This document shows, piece after piece, positions 41,737 to 51,141 of a DNA stretch of 64,000 nt. The DNA lies in contig OZ243913.1 of assembly GCA_965213705.1 (NCBI GenBank), forward strand, positions 4,064,001-4,128,000. The letters run 5' to 3'. Made by a program: the position numbers and the translations under genes. Under the pieces are notes generated by a model. The model made no database searches. It was given only the letters and a program-made list of their open reading frames with translations, and had not been told where the DNA came from. This DNA is from Trueperaceae bacterium. GTDB lineage: Bacteria; Deinococcota; Deinococci; Deinococcales; Trueperaceae. Every line of letters starts with the position of its first letter. The first letter of the stretch is position 1.

Positions 41737-41789
41737 AAGATTCGCTATAGAAAGCGTCAAGATTCCGTAAAGGCTCTTGATGAAATCTT
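41737..41789. promoter_or_regulatory. 11-bp-phased repeats in the two-component system's own divergent promoter
   Basis: AAGA 41737, TAGA 41748, AAGA 41759, AAGG 41770; TCTT 41775, 41786. Confidence 0.65.
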
Positions 41790-41838
41790 TATAAACCCCC
41801 TTTAGCCTGGTGGAATGACGCGTTCTACAATAGATTCT

Positions 41839-42512
<674 letters not shown>

Positions 42513-42513
<1 letters not shown>

Positions 42514-43706
42514 TGAACAGCCTCTGGCTGCGCATTGCCCTGGTCAGTTCGCTGAGCGTCGTGCTGACCGTGATCTTGTTCCTCGTGGTACAGGACTACT
42601 ACTTCAGACGGGCTTTTCAAGCAACAAGTCCTATTTTTCAGCAGGCGCTCACCGAAGTCATGAGCAATCCCGCCTTGAGTGCCGACGAACAGCTTGAAGT
42701 GTTGCGTGTGGCAACGCGCGAAGTAACCGAGGACAACGAGGCGTTCCGCCAGTACATGACGCAGCTTACGAACGTGCTGGACACTCGACAACGCCTGCCG
42801 CGGATTGCCGCGCGTATCAGTCTACCCGTATCGCTGATTTTCGCGCTCCTGCTCGCCTGGTACATCGCCCGGCCCATTCGGGGTGTTACGTGGGCCGCCA
42901 ACCAGATTTCCCAGGGCAACTTGACAGCGCGCGCACCCGTGTCGGGGGGTGCCTGGCTCGCCCCGAGCGAGTTGACGGGACTCACGCGTGACTTCAACAC
43001 GATGGCGGCAACGCTGGAGCGGCTGGAAACCGAACGGAAAAACATGATTGCCGACATCTCCCACGAACTGCGCACGCCCCTGACCGTCATGCAGGGGCAA
43101 ATCGACGCCATGACCGAAGGCGTGCGGCCCTTAAGTCACGAGTCGCTGGCTAAGCTGAACCGTCAAACCCAGCTCTTGTCCCGGCTGGTGCAAGACCTGA
43201 GGACGCTGTCTCTCGCCGAGGCGGGTCGTTTGTCGCTCGAGCTTCTTCCAATAGACATAGCTCGACTCGCCAAAAGCGTGACCACGGGCTTCGAGGTTGC
43301 GGCCGCCGAAAAGCAAATCCGTTTGACCTTTGAGAACAGTTTATCGCACAAAGTCATCCTTTCAGCCGACCCGGACCGGCTCGAGCAGGTGCTCGCTTGC
43401 CTGCTCGACAACGCGGTGCGCTACACGCCAAGTGGCGGCTTTATCGAGGTCGAATTGACAGCAGAGGACGAGCAAGTCCTTTTTTCCGTCAGAAATTCCG
43501 GCGCCGGCCTCAGCGAAGACACTCTAAAGCACGTCTTCGACCGGTTTTACCGAAGTTCTGCGGCGCGTGAGCACGTTCTCGGCGGCAGCGGCTTGGGACT
43601 CGCCATCGCCAAAGCCCTCGTCGAGGCGCATGGGGGTGAGGTGAGTGCGGCCAATCACCCCGGCGGGGGCGCTGTGTTTGCCTTAACGCTTGGGGGAAAA
43701 AGTTGA
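42513..43706 (+). CDS. HAMP-domain sensor histidine kinase (BaeS-like)
   Basis: SHELRTP, N box, 'FDRFYR', GSGLGL. Confidence 0.93.
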
Positions 43707-43761
43707 GCCCTTGGGCGTGGCATTTGGTTTATCCGGCAAGGTGCAACCGTACCGACATCGT

Positions 43762-44739
43762 TCATGTTTTGTGTCTAGCTTGAGTATCTTCTAACTGTCT
43801 CTGCCACCAAGCCCACGCCGACGTGACAATAGTTTTCAGGTCTGAACGGTAAGGTTGCCAACCGAGTTCCCGGCGTGCCTGGCTCGAGTCCACAACGGGG
43901 CCACCCGTAGGCACGAAAACTTTGGGCTCTAAAGGAACATTCCCAGTTACCCTGCGGCACATCTCGAGTATTTCATCGGTAGAGAAGCCTCGGTCGTTGC
44001 CGAGAATGTAAGTTTTGACATCTCGTAGCTTTAGAGAAGCTAAAGCCAAAACGCAGGCGTTGGCGATATCGACAACATGAAGGTAGTCATTCGTTTCATT
44101 ACGCACCGAAGTCAAATTAGGGCGGTTTTGAGGGGCAGATGTGGCTCGCCCACTTTGAGCGTTCCATAACGTTTGGTGGATCAGGTTCGTCTTCAGCCGC
44201 GGAAATTCACCGTATTCTTCTGACGCTCCTGCAGCGTTGGAGTACTGCAAATGTACATAGCCGAATTCTGAAGGTCGGTCGAGTAAGTTGAGCAGTTCCT
44301 GTATATGTGAGCTTTTGGTGTTAGAACCTTCAGATTTTGCAAAAGATTTGTAAGGAGCACCTAGAGTACCAAACGTACTTAGTAGGTTTGTAGTTGACGA
44401 CAAAACAAATTTTGTTACACCGTGCTTTAGAAGGGTTTTGAAGAGAGTAAGGGTGTTTCCAGTATCGAAGAAGGTTCCAAATTTGTTTTGTTGTAAATTT
44501 TTATCGAGCGACGCAGTAGCAAAGTGAATAACGGCCTCAACATCGTGCTCAAGCGCAGCAAAAGCTAACCTTTCACCCTCTCCGACATCAGCTAAGACGA
44601 AAGCGGCTTCCGGATGTACCGCTCTCCGGTAGCCGGTGCTGAGGTTGTCAAGGACAACAACGTAATGTCCCGTTTTAATTAGCGCTTCGACGGTGACGCT
44701 ACCGACGTATCCTGCTCCCCCGATGACAAGTACGTTCAC
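43762..44739 (-). CDS. GalE-like NAD-dependent epimerase, divergent
   Basis: GGAGYVG, DNLSTG, 'DYLHVVDIA', 'LGWQP'; catalytic YxxxK region not recognisable. Confidence 0.7.
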   Translation of the reverse strand: MNVLVIGGAGYVGSVTVEALIKTGHYVVVLDNLSTGYRRAVHPEAAFVLADVGEGERLAFAALEHDVEAVIHFATASLDKNLQQNKFGTFFDTGNTLTLFKTLLKHGVTKFVLSSTTNLLSTFGTLGAPYKSFAKSEGSNTKSSHIQELLNLLDRPSEFGYVHLQYSNAAGASEEYGEFPRLKTNLIHQTLWNAQSGRATSAPQNRPNLTSVRNETNDYLHVVDIANACVLALASLKLRDVKTYILGNDRGFSTDEILEMCRRVTGNVPLEPKVFVPTGGPVVDSSQARRELGWQPYRSDLKTIVTSAWAWWQRQLEDTQARHKT

Positions 44740-44998
44740 GCGTCACCTCAATCGCCTGACGTGCAGAGAAAAAGCGTTTGGCGCGCAGTAGCGTGATCAC
44801 CTGACATATGAATCAGGGTGGGCTCATTCTCCGATACCCCCAGACTCTCTCTGTTCTTACGTTCAGAAGGGTGACTTCTACCACTGCTGGTCCAACCTAA
44901 AGCGTCATTCATTACTCCCCCTGTTGTTACAACGACGCTCAGGAATAATCCCCTCAAGAAAAAGCTGATGTTCTAGGCGTTGAGAATATCTTAAGGAT

Positions 44999-45048
44999 GT
45001 TGAAAACCTGTTGAAAGGCAGAAAAGGCTTCGTTGAAGAAGTGTTGAA
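44999..45048 (-). promoter_or_regulatory. Helically phased GTTGAA direct repeats (SARP/winged-helix-type sites)
   Basis: GTTGAA at 44999, 45010, 45032, 45043 (spacing 11, 22, 11). Confidence 0.65.
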
Positions 45049-45056
45049 ATCGCCCT

Positions 45057-48023
45057 TTAGGACAGGTTTTTCTCTAAACTTTCCCACCTACGCCGTATCA
45101 ACAAAGCCGCCGCACTATTGTGAGTATGCTCGTAAAGGAGACCGAGTTCTTCGTAAGCTTCATACAATAAAGAGTCAATCTGGATAGCTTTTTCATACAT
45201 TTCGACAGCAAGTTGCGGTGCGGCTTCTTGGTTTTGGCGTGCGGCAACAAGGGCAAACGAAGCTGCCAGCTGCTCGTAGTAACGCCTAGCTTCCAACACC
45301 CAGTCGCTATCGTGGAGGGGCAGAAACTCTCCCTGGTAATCCCTAACCGCCTGCAACAGCGCACTACTTGAAATACTGCCGACGTCAGCTGTCCTCAGCA
45401 AAGCATTGATGTCGGAAACAACTTCGATGTCTTCGCTTAGTCCATAAGTACCGTCTATGGTGGGTATAGGGTCGAGTTGAACGTCGAGCACTTGGGTAAG
45501 GGTTTCGCGCAAGCGCCTCACGTGTTGGGCAAGGGTTTGCTTGGCCGAGCGCAAACTCGCTTCGGGCCAGAGTGCGTCTGCGATGGTGTCGGTACGAGTT
45601 CTCCCATGAACAGCCAGATAAGCCAACACCTCTTGAGGTTTCGAGGAAAGTTTGACTTCTTTGCCGTCAATTTGTACCTCGAACCCACCGAGCAGGTTCA
45701 GCTCGAGTCTCGGATTAAAGGAGGGAATTACGTTTGTGTAGGTAAAACTGAGGTAGGGGCGAAACCGCTCAGCAAACCAACCTCGCTGAATACATTCACG
45801 GTAAAAACCAAGCAGTGTTATCGCGTATCGCTGAAGGGGCCAATCATAGCCGAAGCTGTCGAGGTTACTTATGAAGGCGGCAACTTGCATACTGTCAAGC
45901 GTTCCTTCTCGGCGGGCGATTTCAAGAAGATGGCCGTGAGCTGTGACGAGTTCAAACGCATCGTCGTGTTGCTGAGCATAGCCATAAGCTTGTTCGAACG
46001 CATCTTTGGCGGCTTTTAAATCGCCATCTACAAGCTTAAGTTCCCCTTCGGCACGGTTGATATGGGCAATACCACTTACATCTTCAGGACTCACCAAAGC
46101 TTTTGCCTTGGCAAGGGGTTCTTCGCCTGCACCTGTCTTGTCGAGGTAAGCGTACATGGAGGCAACGTCAGCAAAGGCATTGACGGCTCGCGAGATGATT
46201 TGAAAGTCCAGGAAAAGTTCAGCGGACGTTTCGTAGTCTCGTAAAGCATCTCCAAACTGTCCTAATTGCTCGTAGACCATCGCCCGCTGATAGAGCATGA
46301 ACGGCTCTGCCAGAGGATAATCGTACTCGCTGTTGAGCAGCATTTGCTCGAGGTAAGGTAGGCTTTCCTGAGCGCGGCCCACTAGCCAGAGCGTATTCGC
46401 GTACGTATCGACAGCCGACATAGCCTTTTTCGGTGCGTCTCGGAGGAGCGCGAGGTCGATGGCGCGGCGTCCGGTAGCTAGGGACTCATCAATGCGGCCA
46501 AGGTTCTTTAAGACGAATTGGTAAACAGCTAGGACGGATGCGATGAGCCCTGGTTCGCCTTGGCGCTCTGCGCGGCGCACACACTCCTCTGCTGCTTTTA
46601 ACGCTTCTTCCTTACGATTTTGGTTGACAAGGGCAGTGGCCTTAACTCGGAGCAGTTCTATGTACTCACGTTGGTCACCCTCTAGGGCAAAACCCGCATC
46701 GGCGTGAGCCAGGGCTTTTTGACCCTCACCGTGCCGATAGTCGAGCAATGCAAGTCCAAAGTAAGTTGTTCTCGTCGCTGTTCCCACTTTCACCTGGTCG
46801 TTGAACAGCTCCAGGCCAGCGTCGGGGGCGCGGGTTTCTACATAGGCGAGGCCAAGCATCGTTAGCGCGTAAGGGGACAGAGTTTCCTTTGGGAAGGGCT
46901 CGAGCACCTTGCGGATTAGCGGCCACTCGGCTCGTCTCTGGTAACGGGGCAACACTTCATCGAGTAGGCGTCGTGCTTTCTCAAAACGTCCCGCCACTCG
47001 GTAATGACTGATGGCCGTCAACATCTCACCAGCAGTCTCGGCAACCTGCGCAGCTCTGGTGTGCAAGTCAGCGTGGCGCACAGGGTCTAGGAGGAGTTGT
47101 TCTTCCAACGTATCGAGAAGGACCTTATGCGGTTGGTACTTGCCATTTCCTAAAGCTTTTAAGGGTAGTCCTACACGCTTAGCCTCGAGAAGCCAAGTTC
47201 GGGGAAGCCTCAACCGTAACGCTTCTGCGTTTTCGCTGGACCAAACGTGGAGTACCGCAGCCTCAGGAATAGAAGTGCGTGTATCTTCCGGCAGATAAGC
47301 GAGAATCCCGCGCACCAAGTCTTGTGGGGCCGCCTTGAGAGGCGCACCGTGCAACAACATGCCGAGTGCCGCCGGCCAGCCTCTGACGGTTTCCCAAGCC
47401 TCTGCTGCGTCTATGCCTAAAGTTGCTCCCTGAAAAAGTGATTGTGTTTCCGCCAGTGAAAAGGCTAAATCTTCTTCGCTAAGGATGAGCGCCTGCCCTG
47501 AAGCGATGAAGCGGCTAAAATCAATGGCAATGTCGCCACCCCAGTAGGTCGCGGCGACTTGATGGCCTTCACCTAGGCGTCTCAAGAAGGTTGTGAGCCA
47601 ACGGCCGGACTCCTCGCTAAGGCTCTCGAGACCTTCGAGCACAATGAGAAGGTCTTGTTCCAGCAGGTTGAGGTCCGAGGCAAGGGCGTTGGCGAGCTGC
47701 CCAGGGTGGGCGTCGAGCACCACCGCATGCTCCCAGCCGGCAAGTCGGCTGTCCGGCAATGCTGCGGTGACGGCTTTGGCTATGGAGCGGCCGATAACCA
47801 ACGCCTCGCTGTCTTCGGAGCTTAAGTTTACCCAGGCTGTCGACTTGCTACCCATGCGAGTGAATTGAGCAACCAATGTACTTTTTCCGTAGCCTGCCGG
47901 GCCAACGACCAACAGGAGTAGCTTGTCGCCTGCCGCTGCGAGCCGCTCGAGTAAGTGAGAGCGGCTAACCTCGAACGGATGAGCCAACGGAATGGCGTAC
48001 TTAGGGTTGACCCTCTGTGCCAT
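45057..48023 (-). CDS. MalT-like STAND regulator: P-loop NTPase, TPR, then C-terminal winged helix/BTAD
   Basis: 'GPAGYGKS', 'GWPAAL', TPR helices, 'LNLLGGFEV', 'LWPE', 'YQGEFLP...DWV'. Confidence 0.82.
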   Translation of the reverse strand: MAQRVNPKYAIPLAHPFEVSRSHLLERLAAAGDKLLLLVVGPAGYGKSTLVAQFTRMGSKSTAWVNLSSEDSEALVIGRSIAKAVTAALPDSRLAGWEHAVVLDAHPGQLANALASDLNLLEQDLLIVLEGLESLSEESGRWLTTFLRRLGEGHQVAATYWGGDIAIDFSRFIASGQALILSEEDLAFSLAETQSLFQGATLGIDAAEAWETVRGWPAALGMLLHGAPLKAAPQDLVRGILAYLPEDTRTSIPEAAVLHVWSSENAEALRLRLPRTWLLEAKRVGLPLKALGNGKYQPHKVLLDTLEEQLLLDPVRHADLHTRAAQVAETAGEMLTAISHYRVAGRFEKARRLLDEVLPRYQRRAEWPLIRKVLEPFPKETLSPYALTMLGLAYVETRAPDAGLELFNDQVKVGTATRTTYFGLALLDYRHGEGQKALAHADAGFALEGDQREYIELLRVKATALVNQNRKEEALKAAEECVRRAERQGEPGLIASVLAVYQFVLKNLGRIDESLATGRRAIDLALLRDAPKKAMSAVDTYANTLWLVGRAQESLPYLEQMLLNSEYDYPLAEPFMLYQRAMVYEQLGQFGDALRDYETSAELFLDFQIISRAVNAFADVASMYAYLDKTGAGEEPLAKAKALVSPEDVSGIAHINRAEGELKLVDGDLKAAKDAFEQAYGYAQQHDDAFELVTAHGHLLEIARREGTLDSMQVAAFISNLDSFGYDWPLQRYAITLLGFYRECIQRGWFAERFRPYLSFTYTNVIPSFNPRLELNLLGGFEVQIDGKEVKLSSKPQEVLAYLAVHGRTRTDTIADALWPEASLRSAKQTLAQHVRRLRETLTQVLDVQLDPIPTIDGTYGLSEDIEVVSDINALLRTADVGSISSSALLQAVRDYQGEFLPLHDSDWVLEARRYYEQLAASFALVAARQNQEAAPQLAVEMYEKAIQIDSLLYEAYEELGLLYEHTHNSAAALLIRRRWESLEKNLS

Positions 48024-48040
48024 AGAGCAAGTGTAGACCG

Positions 48041-48481
48041 CTATGCAGATTCGAAAAGTTCCTGTACGACGACCCGAATCGTTTTGAAATCATTAGGCTC
48101 GAGCGTAGCTAGGTGTTGCTGGAGGCGTTTCGGGTCGAACGCCCGAAGCTGATTCACGACTGCGTAGCTAGTTTTTCCTTTAATCGTGATGGGGATGTGA
48201 TAGGGCCGGTCTCTCGCCGAGCTGGTGAGGGGCACACCGATAAAGAGCTGATCGTAGAACTTCCGCACGATGATGACTGGCCGCCAATAACGCTTTGACT
48301 TGCCATCAATTTCGCTTCCGGTGTTGTGTCCTATCGCGCAGCGCCAGACCTGCCCCTCCAGAAATGGTTTGCGCGGCTTATCTTTGTCTTCTAATTGTCG
48401 TTGATACTCGGCCCAAGCCTGAAAGTCTTTCACTGGTACGTCACATATCTCCTCCGGAGAGGTTAGGGTGTGTCGCTTCAA
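48041..48481 (-). CDS. PemK/MazF-family endoribonuclease, no adjacent antitoxin
   Basis: 'GQVW...GHNTGSE...RPVII', 'VPLTS', 'QLRAFDPKRL'. Confidence 0.85.
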   Translation of the reverse strand: MKRHTLTSPEEICDVPVKDFQAWAEYQRQLEDKDKPRKPFLEGQVWRCAIGHNTGSEIDGKSKRYWRPVIIVRKFYDQLFIGVPLTSSARDRPYHIPITIKGKTSYAVVNQLRAFDPKRLQQHLATLEPNDFKTIRVVVQELFESA

Positions 48482-48538
48482 TCTTGAAAAACTATCCTTA
48501 TGTTTGCTATACTAGCAGCTCGCCTAAAGGGCACTCGT

Positions 48539-48901
48539 GGGGACGACCAGGTTTCGACGGGGGTCAATGAGGGTGAGGTTGCAGGCCGGGGATGGTGGTT
48601 GGCCCCGTAAAAATCCACCAAAGCCATTAACTGGCAAACAACAGCCCAACTGGGCTCTTGCTGCGTAACCAATCGTAGCGTGTCCGCCGCCTGATCGCCG
48701 TTGTTGGGTGACCGGACATCATTTAGACGGCTCGGTTTAGGTTTCGCATGTTGAACCTAGACGACGTTAAAGACGTGTAAGCCTCGGCACAACGCCTGCT
48801 CGTGAGCCGAGCCGGGGCCGACAATTTGATCAGGAGCTAAGCCTGTAGACGCCCATCTGAAGGGCCTTCGGACGCGGGTTCGACTCCCGCCGTCTCCACC
48901 A
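48539..48901 (+). ncRNA. ssrA: tmRNA; tag reading frame 48633..48668 encodes GKQQPNWALAA
   Basis: 5' GGGGACG pairs with 3' CGTCTCC-ACCA including G3:U; TTCGAC motifs at both ends; TAAC before the resume codon; tag ends ALAA-stop. Confidence 0.96.
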
Positions 48902-48903
48902 AA

Positions 48904-48929
48904 AAAGGGCCACCTTAAGGTGGCCCTTT
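48904..48929. terminator. Bidirectional terminator after tmRNA
   Basis: AAAGGGCCACC-TTAA-GGTGGCCCTTT. Confidence 0.8.
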
Positions 48930-48941
48930 CTCATTTTCAAT

Positions 48942-49622
48942 CTAGTCAGCCGTAGGTGTTTTTCGCCCTAACCGCCGCGTCAATGCCTGCGCTCCCCGAA
49001 ACATCCAGGCCTCGAGCGGCAACGTGTCCAGCGCCTCTTCCACAGTGGGGATGAAGCCCAAGTCGGTTTTGATGTGCGACTCAGCAATGAGGCGCGTCGG
49101 CACACCGTTAGGCAACTCGAGCCCAAACACCTCCTCAACCGTTTGGATGCCCAAAGTGGTGTGTAAGAGGACTCTGTGTCTAGCATCAGGCAAGTGCAGT
49201 CTCGAGCTTTCGAGGAAAGTGTGGATTGGCAAGAAGGCATCTGCTTGACCTCCGAATCGCTTAACACTCCACCTTGCATGAACACTCGGCGTATCGCTGT
49301 CGTAGTTCTCGAGCATCCAGCGTTCTAAAGGCAAGTTCTGAAAACACTGCTGCACACTCGGGATGAACGAAAAGTCCTCCTGCACATGCTGCTCAGCTAA
49401 GGCGCGGGTGGGAATGGGATTGTGGCTCGAGTCCTCAATAGTTACCCCGAACTTCTGTTCTGCGATGAAGATGCCCAAGCTTTGATGTCTCAAGCAGCGG
49501 TGCCGGGCATCGGCAACGTGCGCTTTGGTAGCATCGAACCAACTATGCAAAGCCAGGTAATCTTCTACCCGACCTCCAAAACGTTTGAAACTCGAGAGGG
49601 CGTGGTGATAAGGATGTGCCAT
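48942..49622 (-). CDS. DUF6915-like protein with two tandem domains
   Basis: 'HPYHHALSS..RFGG...HSWFD...RHR..RH...EQHVQED' is repeated as 'HARWSVKRFGG...HTFLE...RHRVLLH...ESHIKTD'. Confidence 0.75.
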   Translation of the reverse strand: MAHPYHHALSSFKRFGGRVEDYLALHSWFDATKAHVADARHRCLRHQSLGIFIAEQKFGVTIEDSSHNPIPTRALAEQHVQEDFSFIPSVQQCFQNLPLERWMLENYDSDTPSVHARWSVKRFGGQADAFLPIHTFLESSRLHLPDARHRVLLHTTLGIQTVEEVFGLELPNGVPTRLIAESHIKTDLGFIPTVEEALDTLPLEAWMFRGAQALTRRLGRKTPTAD

Positions 49623-49623
49623 G

Positions 49624-50025
49624 TTAAGCGTCCTCGTCCGCAAGAACCCACACCAGGTAGCTGTGCCCGACCTTATCAAGCATCAGCCCGATGAGGTAGC
49701 GCTGTGCGTCGGTAAGTGGGTGTGTTTGGAAGTCGGTCTGGAGAATCTCTTCCTTCGTTAGGCGTTTTTTAAGAGCAGCGTTGATGCCTTTTGCGAGGTC
49801 GTCGCTTTCCAAGCCGCTCGAGCTGAGGTCGGCCAAGGTGTGCTCTTGGTAGTAGATGTCCAGCGGCGTACAACTCGGCCATTCAGCCTGTCGATAGCTG
49901 TTCAACGTCTCGACGGCTTTGACGTGCTGTTCGTCAGGAAACACGCGTTCGGGATAGCCGCCGTCTTGCTCATAGTAGAACTGGTCGTCGTAGTCGTAAC
50001 TCTTAGTCATGATGAGGTAAGGCAC
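49624..50025 (-). CDS. Hypothetical protein
   Basis: GTG start with AAGGAGG RBS; operon-coupled. Confidence 0.7.
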   Translation of the reverse strand: MPYLIMTKSYDYDDQFYYEQDGGYPERVFPDEQHVKAVETLNSYRQAEWPSCTPLDIYYQEHTLADLSSSGLESDDLAKGINAALKKRLTKEEILQTDFQTHPLTDAQRYLIGLMLDKVGHSYLVWVLADEDA

Positions 50026-50521
50026 CTTGACCTCCTTCGACACCGTTTGTTGCTTTTGATTCGACCAGAAGGTCTTCGGCGTTCTCTTTAACAAACACCT
50101 TGGTTGGCAGTTTGGGTGAGGCCCTCAAGTTAACCTCGACGTCGTAACCCTTCTCGATTCCGCAGAGTTCCAAGTTGTAGACCTCGTCGTAGTACACGTC
50201 GGCCAGCCACAGCACCGGGTCTTCAGGGGCGGCTTCTTTCAAGTCGGCTTGCAAACTCGGCGATTCAGCCAGCAGCACCAGGAGCCCCACATCGTCGTCG
50301 GGCAGAAGCAGGGGTTGTTCCTCTCTAATCACGGTAATTTGACTGGGACCGAAGCTGTAGTAATGATTGTTGTCGTCATACTCTTGAACCGCTTGCACAG
50401 TAATTGTCGTTGCGCCTGGGTAGTAACGGTTACAAAAGGCATCTAAAACTTGGAAGTTGTGATAGTCCTCGTGTTCTTCGATGACCCGTTGTAAGTCGTG
50501 CCAGCTCAGTTCTTGGTCCAT
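50003..50521 (-). CDS. Acidic hypothetical protein
   Basis: ATG 50521 with AAGGAG RBS; overlaps both neighbours. Confidence 0.7.
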   Translation of the reverse strand: MDQELSWHDLQRVIEEHEDYHNFQVLDAFCNRYYPGATTITVQAVQEYDDNNHYYSFGPSQITVIREEQPLLLPDDDVGLLVLLAESPSLQADLKEAAPEDPVLWLADVYYDEVYNLELCGIEKGYDVEVNLRASPKLPTKVFVKENAEDLLVESKATNGVEGGQGALPHHD

Positions 50522-51141
50522 GATGCACGCTCCTTGGCTGCCTTGCGGACACGAATATCCGCGTTGCTGAGGTAGGGCTCGAGGGGTTGACGGGGATTCA
50601 AGGCCAGCGCCACTTTCGCCAGCACCGGCAAGTCGTTGGGTGTTTCTACTAAAGCGCACTCCAGGTAACAAAAGAAGTCGCCGAGCAGGATGAACCTTGC
50701 CAAGGGGGAGTAAGTTCTTGGGATGTCTAACTTCTCCAGGCTCACCTTTAACAGGTATTCGAGGCACAAGGGAGGCAAGTGAGAGGCCAGGAAGCGCTTG
50801 AGCCTCTCACCGTTTAGAGGTTGCGTCACTTCTTCGGGAATGAGGTTGACAAAGATGTCGCTCGGCTCGAGCTGCGTCCCCTCGCAAACATTGACGTGAT
50901 GCTCGAGCCGGTCAAGAAAACTGGTGTTGAAGCGCAGAGCGGATTCGAGTATCTCCGCATTTGTCTTCGGATGCGACACCAGATGTGACAGCACCTGCTC
51001 GTCACCGGTTCGCTTAGCGGCTTCGTCGAATACCCAAGCGGGTGGCGAGGCGTCGGCCAGCAGTTCGCAGAGTTCGCCACTTGTCAAAGCACCGACCGCG
51101 TTCGGGTCGGCGGCAATCCTCAACAGCAGTTCAGCTCGCAA
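50506..51141 (-). CDS. Hypothetical helical-repeat (LRV/HEAT-like) protein
   Basis: 'LVSHPKT', 'ALALNP', 'DIRVRKAA' motifs; GGAGAGG RBS. Confidence 0.6.
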   Translation of the reverse strand: MRAELLLRIAADPNAVGALTSGELCELLADASPPAWVFDEAAKRTGDEQVLSHLVSHPKTNAEILESALRFNTSFLDRLEHHVNVCEGTQLEPSDIFVNLIPEEVTQPLNGERLKRFLASHLPPLCLEYLLKVSLEKLDIPRTYSPLARFILLGDFFCYLECALVETPNDLPVLAKVALALNPRQPLEPYLSNADIRVRKAAKERASWTKN

